Shown one piece after another: positions 1 through 10,327 of a DNA stretch of 64,000 nucleotides. The notes under the pieces are model-generated. The model worked only from the letters and a program-made list of their open reading frames with translations, was not told the origin of the DNA and did no database searches. The position numbers and the translations under genes are program-made. Position 1 is the stretch's first letter. Each line of letters begins with the position of its first letter. Source of the stretch: Candidatus Dadabacteria bacterium (GTDB lineage: Bacteria; Desulfobacterota_D; UBA1144; Nemesobacterales; Nemesobacteraceae); contig JAPOYE010000016.1 of assembly GCA_026706695.1 (NCBI GenBank), forward strand, positions 6,191 to 70,190, read 5' to 3'.

Positions 1-1
1 C

Positions 2-712
2 ATGAAATGGTACAAGTACGTGGTAAAGAACGTTGCCCGGGAACACGGGAAAACGGTCACTTTCATGCCAAAACCCGTCTTCGACGACAATGGCTCCGGA
101 ATGCATGTTCACCAGTCCCTGTGGAAAAACGGAAAGCCTCTTTTCGCAGGAAAAGGGTATGCGGGGCTTAGCAATCTCGCAATGCACTACGTGGGCGGGA
201 TCCTCAAACACGCAAGGGCTATATGCGCGTTCAGCAACCCGATAACAAACTCATACAGAAGACTTGTTCCTGGGTTCGAAGCTCCTGTGAACCTTGCCTA
301 TTCGGCGAGAAACAGAAGCGCCGCGGTAAGGATCCCCATGTATTCGCCGAACCCCAAGTCAAAAAGAATTGAGGTCCGGTTCCCTGACCCCTCGTGTAAT
401 GGTTATCTTACGTTTTCCGCTATGTTGATGGCTGGACTTGACGGAATCGAAAACAAGATCAAGCCGGGGGATCCGCTGGATAAGGATATCTATGCTCTGG
501 GGCCCGAGGAGCTAGCGAGCGTTCCCTCCGTACCAGGTTCGCTTGAAGAGGCCGTCAAAGCCCTTGAAGATGACCACGAGTTTCTGCTCAAAGGAGGAGT
601 CTTCACAGAGGACGTAATCGAGACATGGATTGACTACAAAACGGAAAACGAAATCAACCCGATCAGGTTGAGACCCGTACCGTATGAGTTCATGCTTTAT
701 TACGACGTATAA
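2..712 (+). CDS. glnA: Glutamine synthetase type I, C-terminal fragment (5' end lies outside the window)
   Basis: Translation matches the conserved GS-I catalytic C-terminal region ([39 protein letters not shown]) and ends YYDV. The ORF is open to the window edge. Confidence 0.9.
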   Translation: MKWYKYVVKNVAREHGKTVTFMPKPVFDDNGSGMHVHQSLWKNGKPLFAGKGYAGLSNLAMHYVGGILKHARAICAFSNPITNSYRRLVPGFEAPVNLAYSARNRSAAVRIPMYSPNPKSKRIEVRFPDPSCNGYLTFSAMLMAGLDGIENKIKPGDPLDKDIYALGPEELASVPSVPGSLEEAVKALEDDHEFLLKGGVFTEDVIETWIDYKTENEINPIRLRPVPYEFMLYYDV

Positions 713-716
713 GCTC

Positions 717-801
717 TGCCGAAGGGGGGAGTCGAACCCCCACGGGCGCAATGCCCACAGGATCCTGAATCCTGCGCGTCTGCCTATTCCGCCACTTCGG
801 C
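717..801 (-). tRNA. tRNA-Leu (anticodon CAG), 85 nt with long variable arm
   Basis: The reverse complement folds as a cloverleaf: acceptor GCCGAAG/CTTCGGC, anticodon stem CAGGA/TCCTG with loop TTCAGGA, long variable arm, T-loop GGGGGTTCGACTCCCCC. Confidence 0.85.
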
Positions 802-803
802 TT

Positions 804-1895
804 TTATCTTTCTCTCCAAGACGCCACGGTCGGATACGAATTTTTCTTTTTCAGGTCTTTACGGATAACGGCCTGAACCTGCCTTGTAACGGGAATTTGC
901 TCTCCCACTATACCCGTGGAAACAGCGGTGTAGACATCACTTTTCCCGCCCTTAAGAACCACTCCCGAAATGCCGGAGCTTATCTTTAGACTGGAATCCA
1001 CTCCCTTTAAGATTTTCGTGGTCTCGCTGGCAGATATGACTCTCTTGATGCTCCTGCGAAGGATTATCTCGTCGGCCATCCTCCCGACTACGCTGTCTTT
1101 TATCTCCCGGGGATCGTTCTGCCTCTCGTTGACCGAGACCCCCGCAGCCTTAATGGTAGCCATTATCACCGTTTTTGAAGCGGTGCTGAAATTCACCTTC
1201 TTGTCTTTAGGATATACGGTGAGATAGTCTTTGACCTGGAAAAAGAAATCCTTATCCATCCCCTCAATCATCCTAATTTCCTCAACGCTGTCAAGCAGTC
1301 CGTCCTTGATATAATAAGGATTATCAAGTTTTGCGTAATAGTTCCCACCGGCTCCATCGGGATCCTGATCGTTTCCGCTACCCGGCGCCGCCCCGTCAAG
1401 CCAGTTCACCAGACTTGCCACGAAGAGATCGGCCTTGTCCGTCTCCACCCCGAGAAAGCGGAAAAGTTCATTTAGCTGCGTTCGGACCTGAAAATCCACC
1501 CGGCCCGATCTCTGATCCACAAGAGCATTGAGATTGACCTTCGATCTCTCGTCTACAACTTGAAGAGATATGTTTCCTTCTCCGATGGGAAAAGAGATAA
1601 TGGAAAGCTTCCAGCCGTCGGAACCGTTTTCTGAGCTTATTGCCTGCCCAAGGATTCCCTGCAACAAGGGCAGGTCCTCCGGCGTTTTCTTCCTCAGCAC
1701 CCCCCGCACAACTCTCACCCCTGATTTCGCAATATGTCTTGCCTGGACATCGCTTGAGCTGTTCGCGGAAATTTCGTAACTCACGCGGGTCGAGTATATG
1801 AAATCAATCACGATTGTGGAAAGTATTGCAATCGTTATGACAACGATAACAAGTACTATTCCTTTTTGCGCTGTTTTCGGATCTGCTCTGCGCAT
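804..1895 (-). CDS. gspK: Type II secretion minor pseudopilin GspK
   Basis: ~360 aa with an N-terminal hydrophobic prepilin-like segment. It is the last gene of a G-H-I-J-K pseudopilin series, and this size and position are diagnostic of GspK. Confidence 0.7.
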   Translation of the reverse strand: MRRADPKTAQKGIVLVIVVITIAILSTIVIDFIYSTRVSYEISANSSSDVQARHIAKSGVRVVRGVLRKKTPEDLPLLQGILGQAISSENGSDGWKLSIISFPIGEGNISLQVVDERSKVNLNALVDQRSGRVDFQVRTQLNELFRFLGVETDKADLFVASLVNWLDGAAPGSGNDQDPDGAGGNYYAKLDNPYYIKDGLLDSVEEIRMIEGMDKDFFFQVKDYLTVYPKDKKVNFSTASKTVIMATIKAAGVSVNERQNDPREIKDSVVGRMADEIILRRSIKRVISASETTKILKGVDSSLKISSGISGVVLKGGKSDVYTAVSTGIVGEQIPVTRQVQAVIRKDLKKKNSYPTVASWRER

Positions 1896-2570
1896 TCAGT
1901 CAGCCACCGGTATAGCAACAATCATGGAATAAGCCTCCTCCTGATCTCCTGCTCCCAAAAGAATGATCTGGACTTGAACCGCCTTTGGAAATCCTCGCAT
2001 TTCTGACGAATTCCAATCCCACACCTCTTGCTCGTTAGCAGATGCCGGGGATCGTCCGGAAAGGAAATTCACCCTGAAACTCAGCACCCTTTCCGAAATT
2101 GGATATGCGGCTCCAGCCTCATCGTTTCCGATCCAGTAATTATCCTTCCTCATAAGGGCAAACATATCTTCGCGCTCGCCGCGGAGCGGAACCAGATAGT
2201 AGGAGATCTCGCTCTGGCCGGATTGGGTGGAATAATGGGTGGGGTCCTTCGCAAAAGAGGTGAATACTATTCTGCTGTTATCCCCTTCGAGCCTCCCGGT
2301 AAAGTAGCTATACGCGGAAGGAGAAGAAACCTCGGAATTGATGCTCCCTCTGGGAAAAGCGTTCACCAAGTCATGGCGCATCTTAAGCAGGATGGTATTC
2401 GCTTCCTGGATCAGTTCGTTTTCCGCCTCAACCCTGCGTTTGACTGTTATAAGCTGGGAAAAGGAACTGTAGAGCATCGTGAGCACGATGACCGTTATGG
2501 CGACGACGATAAGAATCTCTATAAGGGTGAAACCGCTTTTATCATCCCGAATCGACGAAGCTGATTTCAT
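1896..2570 (-). CDS. gspJ: Type II secretion minor pseudopilin GspJ
   Basis: Prepilin-type N-terminus GFTLIEILIVVAI, 224 aa, positioned between gspI and gspK. Confidence 0.7.
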   Translation of the reverse strand: MKSASSIRDDKSGFTLIEILIVVAITVIVLTMLYSSFSQLITVKRRVEAENELIQEANTILLKMRHDLVNAFPRGSINSEVSSPSAYSYFTGRLEGDNSRIVFTSFAKDPTHYSTQSGQSEISYYLVPLRGEREDMFALMRKDNYWIGNDEAGAAYPISERVLSFRVNFLSGRSPASANEQEVWDWNSSEMRGFPKAVQVQIILLGAGDQEEAYSMIVAIPVAD

Positions 2571-2916
2571 AGCTTTCCTCCCCGTCGTCCCAGGTTATAA
2601 GAACACTGATAATGGTCATTTTCGCTTCGAATTGGGTTAAGTTGTAAGGGGAGACTGTGAGATGCCACTCAAAGCCGGGATAATTTTCAAATTTCCCGCT
2701 CCTCTTCGAGTCCGCCGTGAGCCCCTCAGCGTCGATCCGTGAAGCTATGTCGTCGGCCAGACTTGTGGCTATCAGGTAGTTGGTAGACCTTGTGGCAAGA
2801 TTCACATTGTGACCTACAATGCCGAGGATTGAAACCATCGCGAAGGCAAGCAATCCCACGGCAACCATGACTTCGAGCAATGTAAATCCGCAAACGCTGT
2901 TTTTCGAGGCCTTCAT
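2542..2916 (-). CDS. gspI: Type II secretion minor pseudopilin GspI
   Basis: Prepilin N-terminus GFTLLEVMVAVGLL, 124 aa. Confidence 0.7.
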   Translation of the reverse strand: MKASKNSVCGFTLLEVMVAVGLLAFAMVSILGIVGHNVNLATRSTNYLIATSLADDIASRIDAEGLTADSKRSGKFENYPGFEWHLTVSPYNLTQFEAKMTIISVLITWDDGEESYEISFVDSG

Positions 2917-2928
2917 ACAGTCCTCTCC

Positions 2929-3462
2929 CTACCGTTCCGCCAGGTTCTGAAACCGGCTGTTAAATTCGACGTACTCGTCAAAAATCTTAGTGGCCCCGGT
3001 GTAGGGGTTTGTGGAGAGCGTGAAAAAATTGTCCTCGCCAGTTCGCAGGTGAATAACCGCCGAGTCAACAATCCCCGTCGGCAGAAAAAGTATGAATGCG
3101 TCTCTTCCGGAACCAATCTTTCCCTGGGTTCTCTCCGTCTGTATATCGCTGAAAAAAACCCCGCTGGGAAGCTTTCTGAATCCAGATGCGGAATCCTCCT
3201 CCAGGCGGAACTGGTTTTCCTCAAGAAATTCTGCCCAGTATTCTCCGGTATCGATATCGAAAGAAAGTTTGTATATCCGTTTTTCAAAAATGGCTTTGCT
3301 GTAAATATGCCTTATCGTAGTGACAAGCCCTCTTGAAGCACTGCGAAGGCTCATGTCACCCGTTTTGAGAACTCTGGGCATGGCCACGGAGAAAAAAGCT
3401 CCGAGCAGAAAAACGACCACAATGAGTTCAATTAAGGTGAAGCCGGCGGATTTATTTCTCAT
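2929..3462 (-). CDS. gspH: Type II secretion minor pseudopilin GspH
   Basis: Prepilin N-terminus GFTLIELIVVV, 177 aa. Confidence 0.7.
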   Translation of the reverse strand: MRNKSAGFTLIELIVVVFLLGAFFSVAMPRVLKTGDMSLRSASRGLVTTIRHIYSKAIFEKRIYKLSFDIDTGEYWAEFLEENQFRLEEDSASGFRKLPSGVFFSDIQTERTQGKIGSGRDAFILFLPTGIVDSAVIHLRTGEDNFFTLSTNPYTGATKIFDEYVEFNSRFQNLAER

Positions 3463-3878
3463 CTGTCTCTGCTGGACAGATCATCGTCTGAATTCCCTAT
3501 CCCATCCGGACCGTTAGACCTTATATAGTACAATCCGTCCTCGGTCTGGTCGGTCCCGAAATACACAAACTCGTTCCCCCAAGGATCAAGCGGAACGCTC
3601 GCGGATTCAAGATAACGTCTCCACCTCTTGGCCTCCCTGCCCACCGTTACCGGTTCGACCAGAACGCGTAGCCCCTGCTGGGTTTCAGGATAAAAACCGT
3701 TATCAAACTTAAACAGCTGGAGCGCCTGCTCAAACTGCTTGATCTGAATCATGGCCTGTTTTTCCTTTGCCCTCTCCCCCTGACCTATCACGTTCGTTCC
3801 CACTATGTAGGCAAGCCCCGCTATGATAAGCACGACCACCATAATTTCAATCAGAGTAAACCCCATCTGGGATCTCAT
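3459..3878 (-). CDS. gspG: Type II secretion major pseudopilin GspG
   Basis: GFTLIEIMVVVLIIAGLA N-terminus and the conserved C-terminal DPWGNEFVY...GPDG motif, 139 aa. Confidence 0.9.
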   Translation of the reverse strand: MRSQMGFTLIEIMVVVLIIAGLAYIVGTNVIGQGERAKEKQAMIQIKQFEQALQLFKFDNGFYPETQQGLRVLVEPVTVGREAKRWRRYLESASVPLDPWGNEFVYFGTDQTEDGLYYIRSNGPDGIGNSDDDLSSRDR

Positions 3879-3896
3879 TTTTCTCTACCTCCCTGT

Positions 3897-5105
3897 TCAG
3901 CTTATTACAGAAGTTAGATTCAACACAGGTAAAAGTATAGCAAAGACTATAAAACCCATCACGACGCCCATAATCAGTATCATTACCGGCTCAAGAAGGG
4001 AAGTCAGCGTGGCAAGCATGCCGTCGACCTCGGTATCATACATATCGGCCACTTTCGACAGCATGACTTCCATTTTACCCGCCTCCTCGCCCACAGACAC
4101 CATTCTCACCATCAGGGGAGGGAAAATCCCGGTCTGCCCAAGGCAACCTCCGAACGCCGCTCCCTCCGCAACCTTGACCCGAACATCCCTTATATTGTCA
4201 ACATAAAGACTGTTTCCCATAACCGATTCGCTCACCCTGATGGATTCAAGAAGAGGAATGCCGCTTGAAAGTAGCGTGGCAAGCGTTCTTGTGAAACGGG
4301 AAATCATCACTTTTGAAGACATTTTCCCGAACACTGGAATTCTCAGGGAAAACCTGTCGTAGACCTTCCTTCCGGAAGGAGTTTTTACGTACCTCTGTCC
4401 AAAAAACAATACGACGGCCAAGAAAATCAGCAGAAGGACAAAATTCTCCCTGAGAAAATCACTTGCACCTATAAGCATTACGGTAACAAACGGCAAAGCC
4501 TTGTTACTGGCCTCGAATATGTCGGCGACTTTGGGAATTACGAAAGTCATCATGAAAACCAGTACCCCGAGTCCGACGACAAACATTATCGCCGGATATA
4601 TCATGGCCCCCCTGATCTTCGAAGTCAGTTCGAGCTGCTTTTCAAGGAAATCCGCAAGACGGTCGAGCACGACATCAAGAGTGCCGCTAGCCTCGCCGGC
4701 ACGAACCATGCTCACGTAAAGATCAGAGAAAGCTCCTTTGTGCTCCTCAAGTGCGGCGTGAAGAGAACTGCCTTCACTCACCCGGCTTCGCACCTGAGAG
4801 AGAATTTCCTTGAGCTTCTGGTCATCAGTCTGCTCGTAGAGGGCCACAAGTGAGGTCTCAAGAGGAAGGCCTGATGAAATCAGGGTTGAGAACTGTCTTG
4901 TCATAACGGCAAGTTCCGAGATGCTCACCCTGTTCCACGGAAGGCTCACCGACGAGCGGCGAGATCCGCTCGCCTCCTTTATAGAGGAAAGATAGATGCC
5001 GCCTTTTCTGAGCCTGTCGCTTGCGATCTTGACCGATTCCGCGCTGATAACTCCCTTTACCGATTCGCCCTTGTCGTTGATGGCTTTATAGTTATAAACA
5101 GGCAT
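3897..5105 (-). CDS. gspF: Type II secretion inner-membrane platform protein GspF
   Basis: Polytopic membrane protein with the duplicated GspF/PilC architecture. The start is taken at MPVYNYKAINDKGE, which avoids overlap with gspE. Confidence 0.85.
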   Translation of the reverse strand: MPVYNYKAINDKGESVKGVISAESVKIASDRLRKGGIYLSSIKEASGSRRSSVSLPWNRVSISELAVMTRQFSTLISSGLPLETSLVALYEQTDDQKLKEILSQVRSRVSEGSSLHAALEEHKGAFSDLYVSMVRAGEASGTLDVVLDRLADFLEKQLELTSKIRGAMIYPAIMFVVGLGVLVFMMTFVIPKVADIFEASNKALPFVTVMLIGASDFLRENFVLLLIFLAVVLFFGQRYVKTPSGRKVYDRFSLRIPVFGKMSSKVMISRFTRTLATLLSSGIPLLESIRVSESVMGNSLYVDNIRDVRVKVAEGAAFGGCLGQTGIFPPLMVRMVSVGEEAGKMEVMLSKVADMYDTEVDGMLATLTSLLEPVMILIMGVVMGFIVFAILLPVLNLTSVIS

Positions 5106-5136
5106 TTGAAATACCGATGTTAAAGACAGCCGCGGT

Positions 5137-6819
5137 CTAGCTCTCCGCCAGATCCTCTTCCGTAACCCTGAGCACTTCGTCAATTGACGTTATGCCTTTT
5201 GCGACTTTGTCGGCACCGTCCATTCTAAGGGTAATGAGTCCGTTTCTCAGGGCTTTTTCCTTAAGCGTTGAAGAATCCGGGTGTGTAAGAACAGTGTTTT
5301 TGAGTTCATCATCGATAAGCAGTATCTCAAAAATCGCTATTCTTCCCGAAAATCCCGTCTCCATGCACTCTTGGCATCCCTTGGCTCTGTATATCTTTCC
5401 TTCCGGACAGGCCTCGCGAGCAAGTCCTATACGACCGAGCTCCTCATCAATCGGCACGTACAGCTCTCTGCACCGCGTGCAAAGAATCCTGACAAGCCTC
5501 TGAGCTATGACCGCCGAGAGGGTAGAAGCTATAAGAAAGGACTCCACTCCCATATCGGCAAGCCTAGTCACGGCGCTTACCGAGTCATTGGTATGCAGCG
5601 TGGAAAACACGAGATGCCCAGTGAGTGAAGCGTTCATGGAAATATCGGCAGTTTCCCTGTCCCTTATTTCCCCGACTAGTATAACGTCGGGGTCCTGCCT
5701 GAGTATTGAGCGAAGTCCGTTTGCGAACGTAAGATCGACCTTGGTGTTGACTTGGATCTGGTTAATTCCCTGTATCTGGTATTCAACCGGGTCTTCTATA
5801 GTGATTATTTTCTTGTCAGGGAGATTGATTCTCTGCAGGGCAGCATAGAGGCTTGTTGTCTTTCCGCTTCCCGTGGGTCCCGTAACGAGAATGATCCCGT
5901 GAGGACGTTTGATAAGGGATTCCACCGTCTCGAGCTTTTTTCCTTCAAGACCCAGCTGCTCGAAGCTCATCAGCACCGAAGACCTGTAAAGCAGCCTCAT
6001 TACCACGCTCTCTCCCCATGAGGTGGGAACTGTCGAAACCCTTACGTCGATATCCCTTCCTCCGATCTTGAGCCTTATGCTTCCGTCCTGAGGCTTTCTT
6101 CTCTCGGCTATATCAAGTTCAGACATGATCTTCACACGCGAGATCACCGAAGACTGAACCGTCTTCGGAACTTTCGTCACGTCGTGCAGAATGCCGTCCT
6201 TTCTGAACCGTACCAGCACTTCTTTTTCGAAACACTCTATGTGAATATCGCTTGCGTGCTCCCTTACCGCCTGAAAAAGAAGCGTGTTTATGAATTTTAT
6301 GATCGGAGCTTCATCTTCGGCCTCAATCAGATCCTGGGGCTCGGTAAACTCCATGTCGGAGAGTCCCGAACCTTCGTTTATATCCTCTGACACAACGTCT
6401 TTGCCCTGCTCGTAGACCCTGTTAATGCTGTCGGTCAGCACGCGCTCAAGGGTAATGTAAGTTTCAAGCGAGCAGTTAAAGCGGGAGCGGACCTCGTCAA
6501 GGGCATAGAGCTCCTGAGGCGGTGCGAATACGACTTTGAGCGTTCCGTTGTCTTTGCTTATAGGGAGTATTCTGAATCTCTTCGCGAAGCTGATCGGAAA
6601 CTGTTTTATCAGTTCATAATCTATATCGTCTTCGGGAATCGATTCGACTTTTTCAACTCCGTAAAACTCGGAAAGAATATCTAGAGCCGGGGAGTCTTTG
6701 AGCAAGTCAGTTTTGAGCAGTATGTCTTCTGTGTTCCGACCGTTTTTCCCTTTAAGCTCTTCAATCCTCCCCATAACCTCGGGGTAACGCCTGCCTATTA
6801 TTTCGTCAAGGGCCTTCAT
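5137..6819 (-). CDS. gspE: Type II secretion ATPase GspE
   Basis: Walker [10 protein letters not shown], a tetracysteine motif (CTRC...CQEC) and a GspE N-terminal domain, 560 aa. Confidence 0.9.
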   Translation of the reverse strand: MKALDEIIGRRYPEVMGRIEELKGKNGRNTEDILLKTDLLKDSPALDILSEFYGVEKVESIPEDDIDYELIKQFPISFAKRFRILPISKDNGTLKVVFAPPQELYALDEVRSRFNCSLETYITLERVLTDSINRVYEQGKDVVSEDINEGSGLSDMEFTEPQDLIEAEDEAPIIKFINTLLFQAVREHASDIHIECFEKEVLVRFRKDGILHDVTKVPKTVQSSVISRVKIMSELDIAERRKPQDGSIRLKIGGRDIDVRVSTVPTSWGESVVMRLLYRSSVLMSFEQLGLEGKKLETVESLIKRPHGIILVTGPTGSGKTTSLYAALQRINLPDKKIITIEDPVEYQIQGINQIQVNTKVDLTFANGLRSILRQDPDVILVGEIRDRETADISMNASLTGHLVFSTLHTNDSVSAVTRLADMGVESFLIASTLSAVIAQRLVRILCTRCRELYVPIDEELGRIGLAREACPEGKIYRAKGCQECMETGFSGRIAIFEILLIDDELKNTVLTHPDSSTLKEKALRNGLITLRMDGADKVAKGITSIDEVLRVTEEDLAES

Positions 6820-6834
6820 TTTCTAAGAACTTCC

Positions 6835-9330
6835 CTACTCAAGCGTATTCAGATCCCTTCTATGAAGCAAGGTCTTTCTTCTCTGGTAATCCATAAGCAA
6901 CTGCTTCATATCACTTTCCGTTTCAACTATCCGTGGGGTAAGAAGTATCATCAGGTTAAGCTTCCTGTTCTGATTGCGCTTGAACCTGAACAGGTTTCCA
7001 ATCAGCGGAATATCTCCGAGCAGAGGTGTTTTGTTGTGAAGCACCTCTTCTCTGTCCTGAACCAGCCCACCTATAACGAGGGTCTGCCCATTTTTGACTA
7101 TAACCGACGAATCGGCACTTCTTGTTGTAGTCGCAATGCCGAACTGGGCGGTGTTAAGTCCCGCGGGCGCCTCTCGGGTAGAGGAAACCTCGGTCACTAT
7201 GTCAAGGTTAAGGTATTCTCCTTCGCTTATCTGAGGGGTGATGCTGAGCCTTATTCCCACCGGCAATCTCTCGATCGTCTGAACTGTAACGCCGCTTGTT
7301 CCAACAGTGCTACCCATCGGAAACGGTATTACGTCAGCCACCACTATCTCGGCCGGTTCGTTGTCGGTTGTAATAATACTCGGGGTTGAAAGAACATTGA
7401 CGTCGGTCACGGAACTCAGCGCCTGAAACACCGCGGAGAACGAAGGAAGAGACGGAAGCGGACCCGAACCGTCGGGGTCAACTTCCTCTCCCACCACTCC
7501 GAGAAAGAGCCCCGAGAGACTGCCTATGGAAGCAGTTGCAATTGTAGGATCAGCCGCAACCCCGAGAAGACTTGGGATGCCCGGCAGCTGCTGTCCGATA
7601 AAACCTAGGTTGTCGCCCTCGATTGTAACGCCGAGACCGAAATTGGTTCCCAGCGCATTAAGGTTATCAAGGCCCACCTCGAGTATGGCAGCTTCCACGA
7701 ACACCTGCCTTCTCCTTACGTCAAGCTTATCCACTATCTGCTTGACCATTCTGTACTGCGTGAGAGAACCGATCACTATGATGGAATTTGTCGCCGGGTC
7801 CGAAGTTATCTTAAGCCCATCGCCCGAAGACACTATGACTGAAGAACCGGTCTGCTCGCTCCCTCCCCTCTGGATGTTCCCGCCCTGGGAACCTAAACCA
7901 CCGACATTTCCGCTGCCGCCCACTTTCCCCTCTCCGAGACGACTTGAAGGCTGGCCGGTTCTGCCGGATTGCCGCGCCTGATCCCGGTAGGAAACTGAAG
8001 ACACTGCGCCTCCTTTCCCCTCCGCGAACAGATTTCCCAGAACTTCGATTATCTGCTCAGCGTCGGCGTTTTTAACCGGTATAACGTAGACGTCCTGTTC
8101 GGCGTGCTCGCTCTCGATGTCCAAAACGGCGATCGTCTCCTTTATCAGGGAAAGATCCCTCGGGTCGGCAATCACTATTATGGAATTTGTCCTCTCGTCG
8201 TTTATCACCTTGAACCCCAGGAGTTCGGATCTTCCGGATATGAAGCCGTCATTCTTGCCCTTTGACGGCTTGGCCTTGGCACTTTTAGGATTGAAGATCT
8301 CAAGCAGCTTAAAAATAACGTTGGCCGAGCTTGTGTTATGCACTTTGATGAACTCTATTTTCTTCTCGTAATCAATATTCGCAATCACTTCGGCTATCTT
8401 GTTCACGTTCTGTTCATTATCAACCACCACTAGGGTATTTGACGGTTCGTGAGCCTTCATAAAACCATCCTTGCTAACCAGGGCCCGAAGGACGTTGGAA
8501 ATTCCTTTGGCTTTTACGCTCTTAAGCTTTATCAGCTTCATCACGTATTTCTGGGAAGACTCCGCAGGGTCGAAATCCAGTATTAACGGTATGCTCTCTG
8601 ACTTTATCCCCTTTTTGGGGACGACCTTGTTAACTCCCTCCGCGCTTATGACCGAATAGCCGTTCATATCAAGCAGTATCTCAAAAATTCTAAACGCATT
8701 CTCCCTCTCGAAACCGCCCTCGGGAGTTATGATCGTTATATTCTTGTCCCTGATTTTGTCACTTAAGAGATAGACCTCGGAGGTGATCTCGCTTATGGTC
8801 TTTACCATCTCATTAAGCGTCATGTTGGAGCGAAGGTTGACCATCCCCCCGTCCTCGGGAATTTCCTCACCCTCTTCACCGAGAGTCCCATCGCCCGAGA
8901 CCGCAACTGTTTCCTCAGGCTTCTTCGTCTCCGGCTCGGGAGACCTCTCAACTTCGACTGCAATTTCTTCCTCCGCTAAATCGAGCGGCAGACCGGGGTC
9001 CTCGACCAGGCCTTCAAGAGTCTCGTTGCCAGAAACTTTCACCGCATCTTTTCCAAGGGGCCTCAAGTCTTGCTTGCCCGGGTCCTTCGCGGCCTCCTCG
9101 GCCAGCAACTCCGTGGCTTCCACGGCAATATCAGCGGGTTCCGCGGGTGAGCCCTCCCCGTTCGCTTTTTCAAGCCTTGTGCCCGGGGCGACAACAACCC
9201 TGGCCCTCGTGAGATCCGGAAGCGGCTCGGACTTCTCCGCGGGAGCCAGATGGGGACAGAGAACGGAAGCGGAAAAAACGAGAACCGCTGAGAGAAGCGG
9301 GAGAAAATTTTTATTCAGAAAGTATTTCAT
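6835..9330 (-). CDS. gspD: Type II secretion secretin GspD, with a long acidic low-complexity N-proximal insert
   Basis: C-terminal secretin signature LLGDIPLIGNLF plus N-domains. The signal peptide is MKYFLNKNFLPLLSAVLVFSASVLC. An E/D/P-rich low-complexity stretch follows the signal peptide. Confidence 0.85.
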   Translation of the reverse strand: MKYFLNKNFLPLLSAVLVFSASVLCPHLAPAEKSEPLPDLTRARVVVAPGTRLEKANGEGSPAEPADIAVEATELLAEEAAKDPGKQDLRPLGKDAVKVSGNETLEGLVEDPGLPLDLAEEEIAVEVERSPEPETKKPEETVAVSGDGTLGEEGEEIPEDGGMVNLRSNMTLNEMVKTISEITSEVYLLSDKIRDKNITIITPEGGFERENAFRIFEILLDMNGYSVISAEGVNKVVPKKGIKSESIPLILDFDPAESSQKYVMKLIKLKSVKAKGISNVLRALVSKDGFMKAHEPSNTLVVVDNEQNVNKIAEVIANIDYEKKIEFIKVHNTSSANVIFKLLEIFNPKSAKAKPSKGKNDGFISGRSELLGFKVINDERTNSIIVIADPRDLSLIKETIAVLDIESEHAEQDVYVIPVKNADAEQIIEVLGNLFAEGKGGAVSSVSYRDQARQSGRTGQPSSRLGEGKVGGSGNVGGLGSQGGNIQRGGSEQTGSSVIVSSGDGLKITSDPATNSIIVIGSLTQYRMVKQIVDKLDVRRRQVFVEAAILEVGLDNLNALGTNFGLGVTIEGDNLGFIGQQLPGIPSLLGVAADPTIATASIGSLSGLFLGVVGEEVDPDGSGPLPSLPSFSAVFQALSSVTDVNVLSTPSIITTDNEPAEIVVADVIPFPMGSTVGTSGVTVQTIERLPVGIRLSITPQISEGEYLNLDIVTEVSSTREAPAGLNTAQFGIATTTRSADSSVIVKNGQTLVIGGLVQDREEVLHNKTPLLGDIPLIGNLFRFKRNQNRKLNLMILLTPRIVETESDMKQLLMDYQRRKTLLHRRDLNTLE

Positions 9331-9373
9331 AACCTGTTTAACCTTAAAGAAACTGAATTTTTTCGTATTGGGC

Positions 9374-10327
9374 CTAGTAAACCGTGTAGCGGTTGCTCTT
9401 TCTTTTACCCTGTCTCGTAAAATTAACGGTAAACTCACTCTGGCCCCTCAAGTCGGTAAAAAGCGAAAGAGCGCTCTGCACGTCGTTTAAAGCAACTTCA
9501 TTTATCTGGTGAACTATATCCCCGTTTCTAAGACCCATTTTATAAAACACGCTCCGGCTTTTCACTCCGAAGATCTTGATGCCGTCATCGCGCGGCACAA
9601 TCTTAGCCTCGGTTATTAAACTGCTGGGTTCAGCGAGCAGCTCTTCAAACATCACTCTCTCTATCTGGTACAAGCCCTCGCTGACCTTGCTGACCCCTGA
9701 AGCCGACGACTTTTTTGACCTAACAGACGGTCTGTTCCTTGCTTGAGAACTCGCGGGGCTTTTCGCGAAAACGGATTCAAGCTCGTTTCCGCAGGTAATC
9801 AATTCGGGACCTTCCGCTCTTCGTATAGTCACTTCGCAGTCGTCTATTTTCACTACCTCCACTTTTTCGGATGTCACAAGATCAACCAACTGCCCTTCAG
9901 AATAACCCTTTATTCCGCTATTTTCCATATTCTTTATCACGGCGATGCTCTTGTTGGCTGCAGAATCAGCGCGGCTTTTGAGTATGAAAGTTCCAAGAAG
10001 TTCAAGCTTGAGGGAAGTTTTCGGGGTAATTTCCCCCTCGAAAACTTCCGAGGAATTGCCCGTTCCCATCTGCCCGGCATACCCGCCCGTTCCGAACAGA
10101 TTTGTTCTCAGTATAGAGTCGTAGTGCTCCCTTGAACGATAGGGAATCTTAACCCGTCCGTACTTCTCCTTGTAGATGTGTTCTCCTGTCAGGCCTCCCT
10201 TGTCGGACTCTATCTTGTCGCGCAGGCCGTTGTTGATCGTGGCCGAAACCGAGTACGCAATGGCGACTATCAGCAAGACGTTTACGACCCAGACATACTT
10301 TCTCAAGACAAACAAAACCATAGTCAA
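9374..10327 (-). CDS. gspC: Type II secretion protein GspC-like (N-terminal TM anchor, C-terminal PDZ)
   Basis: N-terminal membrane anchor and a C-terminal PDZ-like segment (GLRNGDIVHQINEVALNDVQSAL). It is the first gene of the gsp operon. Confidence 0.6.
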   Translation of the reverse strand: MTMVLFVLRKYVWVVNVLLIVAIAYSVSATINNGLRDKIESDKGGLTGEHIYKEKYGRVKIPYRSREHYDSILRTNLFGTGGYAGQMGTGNSSEVFEGEITPKTSLKLELLGTFILKSRADSAANKSIAVIKNMENSGIKGYSEGQLVDLVTSEKVEVVKIDDCEVTIRRAEGPELITCGNELESVFAKSPASSQARNRPSVRSKKSSASGVSKVSEGLYQIERVMFEELLAEPSSLITEAKIVPRDDGIKIFGVKSRSVFYKMGLRNGDIVHQINEVALNDVQSALSLFTDLRGQSEFTVNFTRQGKRKSNRYTVY

